From the NCBI GenBank assembly GCA_002269645.1, contig NIVC01000579.1, positions 1-53,164 on the forward strand: a stretch of DNA of 53,164 nucleotides, written 5' to 3'. Numbering within the stretch: position 1 is the stretch's first letter; each line of letters begins with the position of its first letter. Positions 52,758-53,164 of the stretch are shown one piece after another. Origin of the DNA: Macrostomum lignano (Eukaryota). The notes under the pieces were generated by a model. It saw only the letters and a program-made list of their open reading frames with translations. It did not search any database and was not told the DNA's origin. A program made the position numbers and the translations under genes.

Positions 52758-53164
52758 GCAAGCATGAAAGACCTGTATAAAAAACCTGTATAAACAATAC
52801 TGAGCAACACCGTGTCAACATCAGCAACGAACTAACAATATGAGAGACATGAGCTAAAGACTTGTGTTAAGGACTTGCGATCTGTTATCCGTATGAACCA
52901 TCCAGATGATCATGTTAAATAGCAGAGAATACTTGATTCTTTTTGCTTCTAACAATCCTGCAAACAAGCTTAGCAAGTGGAGCAGTTTTCAAACATGTTG
53001 CGCAGCTCAGAACTCCGAATTTCTTTTGTTTTTTTGATGAAATTTGCCTCGAAGACTTGGATAAGACGCGGATTAAGAGGGTGTGCCACTGTGTATTCAA
53101 CTGGGCACAGGTGTACAACTATGCAGTGTTTACTTTCACTCTCCCGAGGATTTAGTCAGAAATT

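Overview
Eukaryotic genomic DNA with spliceosomal GT-AG introns, GC-rich exons and AT-rich spacers. The style is consistent with a free-living flatworm such as Macrostomum (inference only). Five conserved housekeeping genes lie head-to-tail on the + strand: WDR75/UTP17 (2 exons), NPRL2 (4 exons), CISD3, COQ7 and a THADA/Trm732 homolog (about 26 exons traced by eye; the gene is not finished inside the window). An intronless class A GPCR with one frameshift follows the last visible THADA exon and is probably nested in a THADA intron. Almost every long intron or spacer carries its own private tandem repeat (13-79 bp units). One 14,048-nt THADA intron is about 96% a 20-bp satellite with nested higher-order periods (790, 2720 and about 4554 bp). 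Mobile elements are a 5'-truncated RTE-clade non-LTR retrotransposon inserted in a 13-bp array, one MIR-like CORE-SINE, and two tRNA-headed SINEs that share an unassigned central domain. All homology calls come from remembered family motifs, not from database searches.
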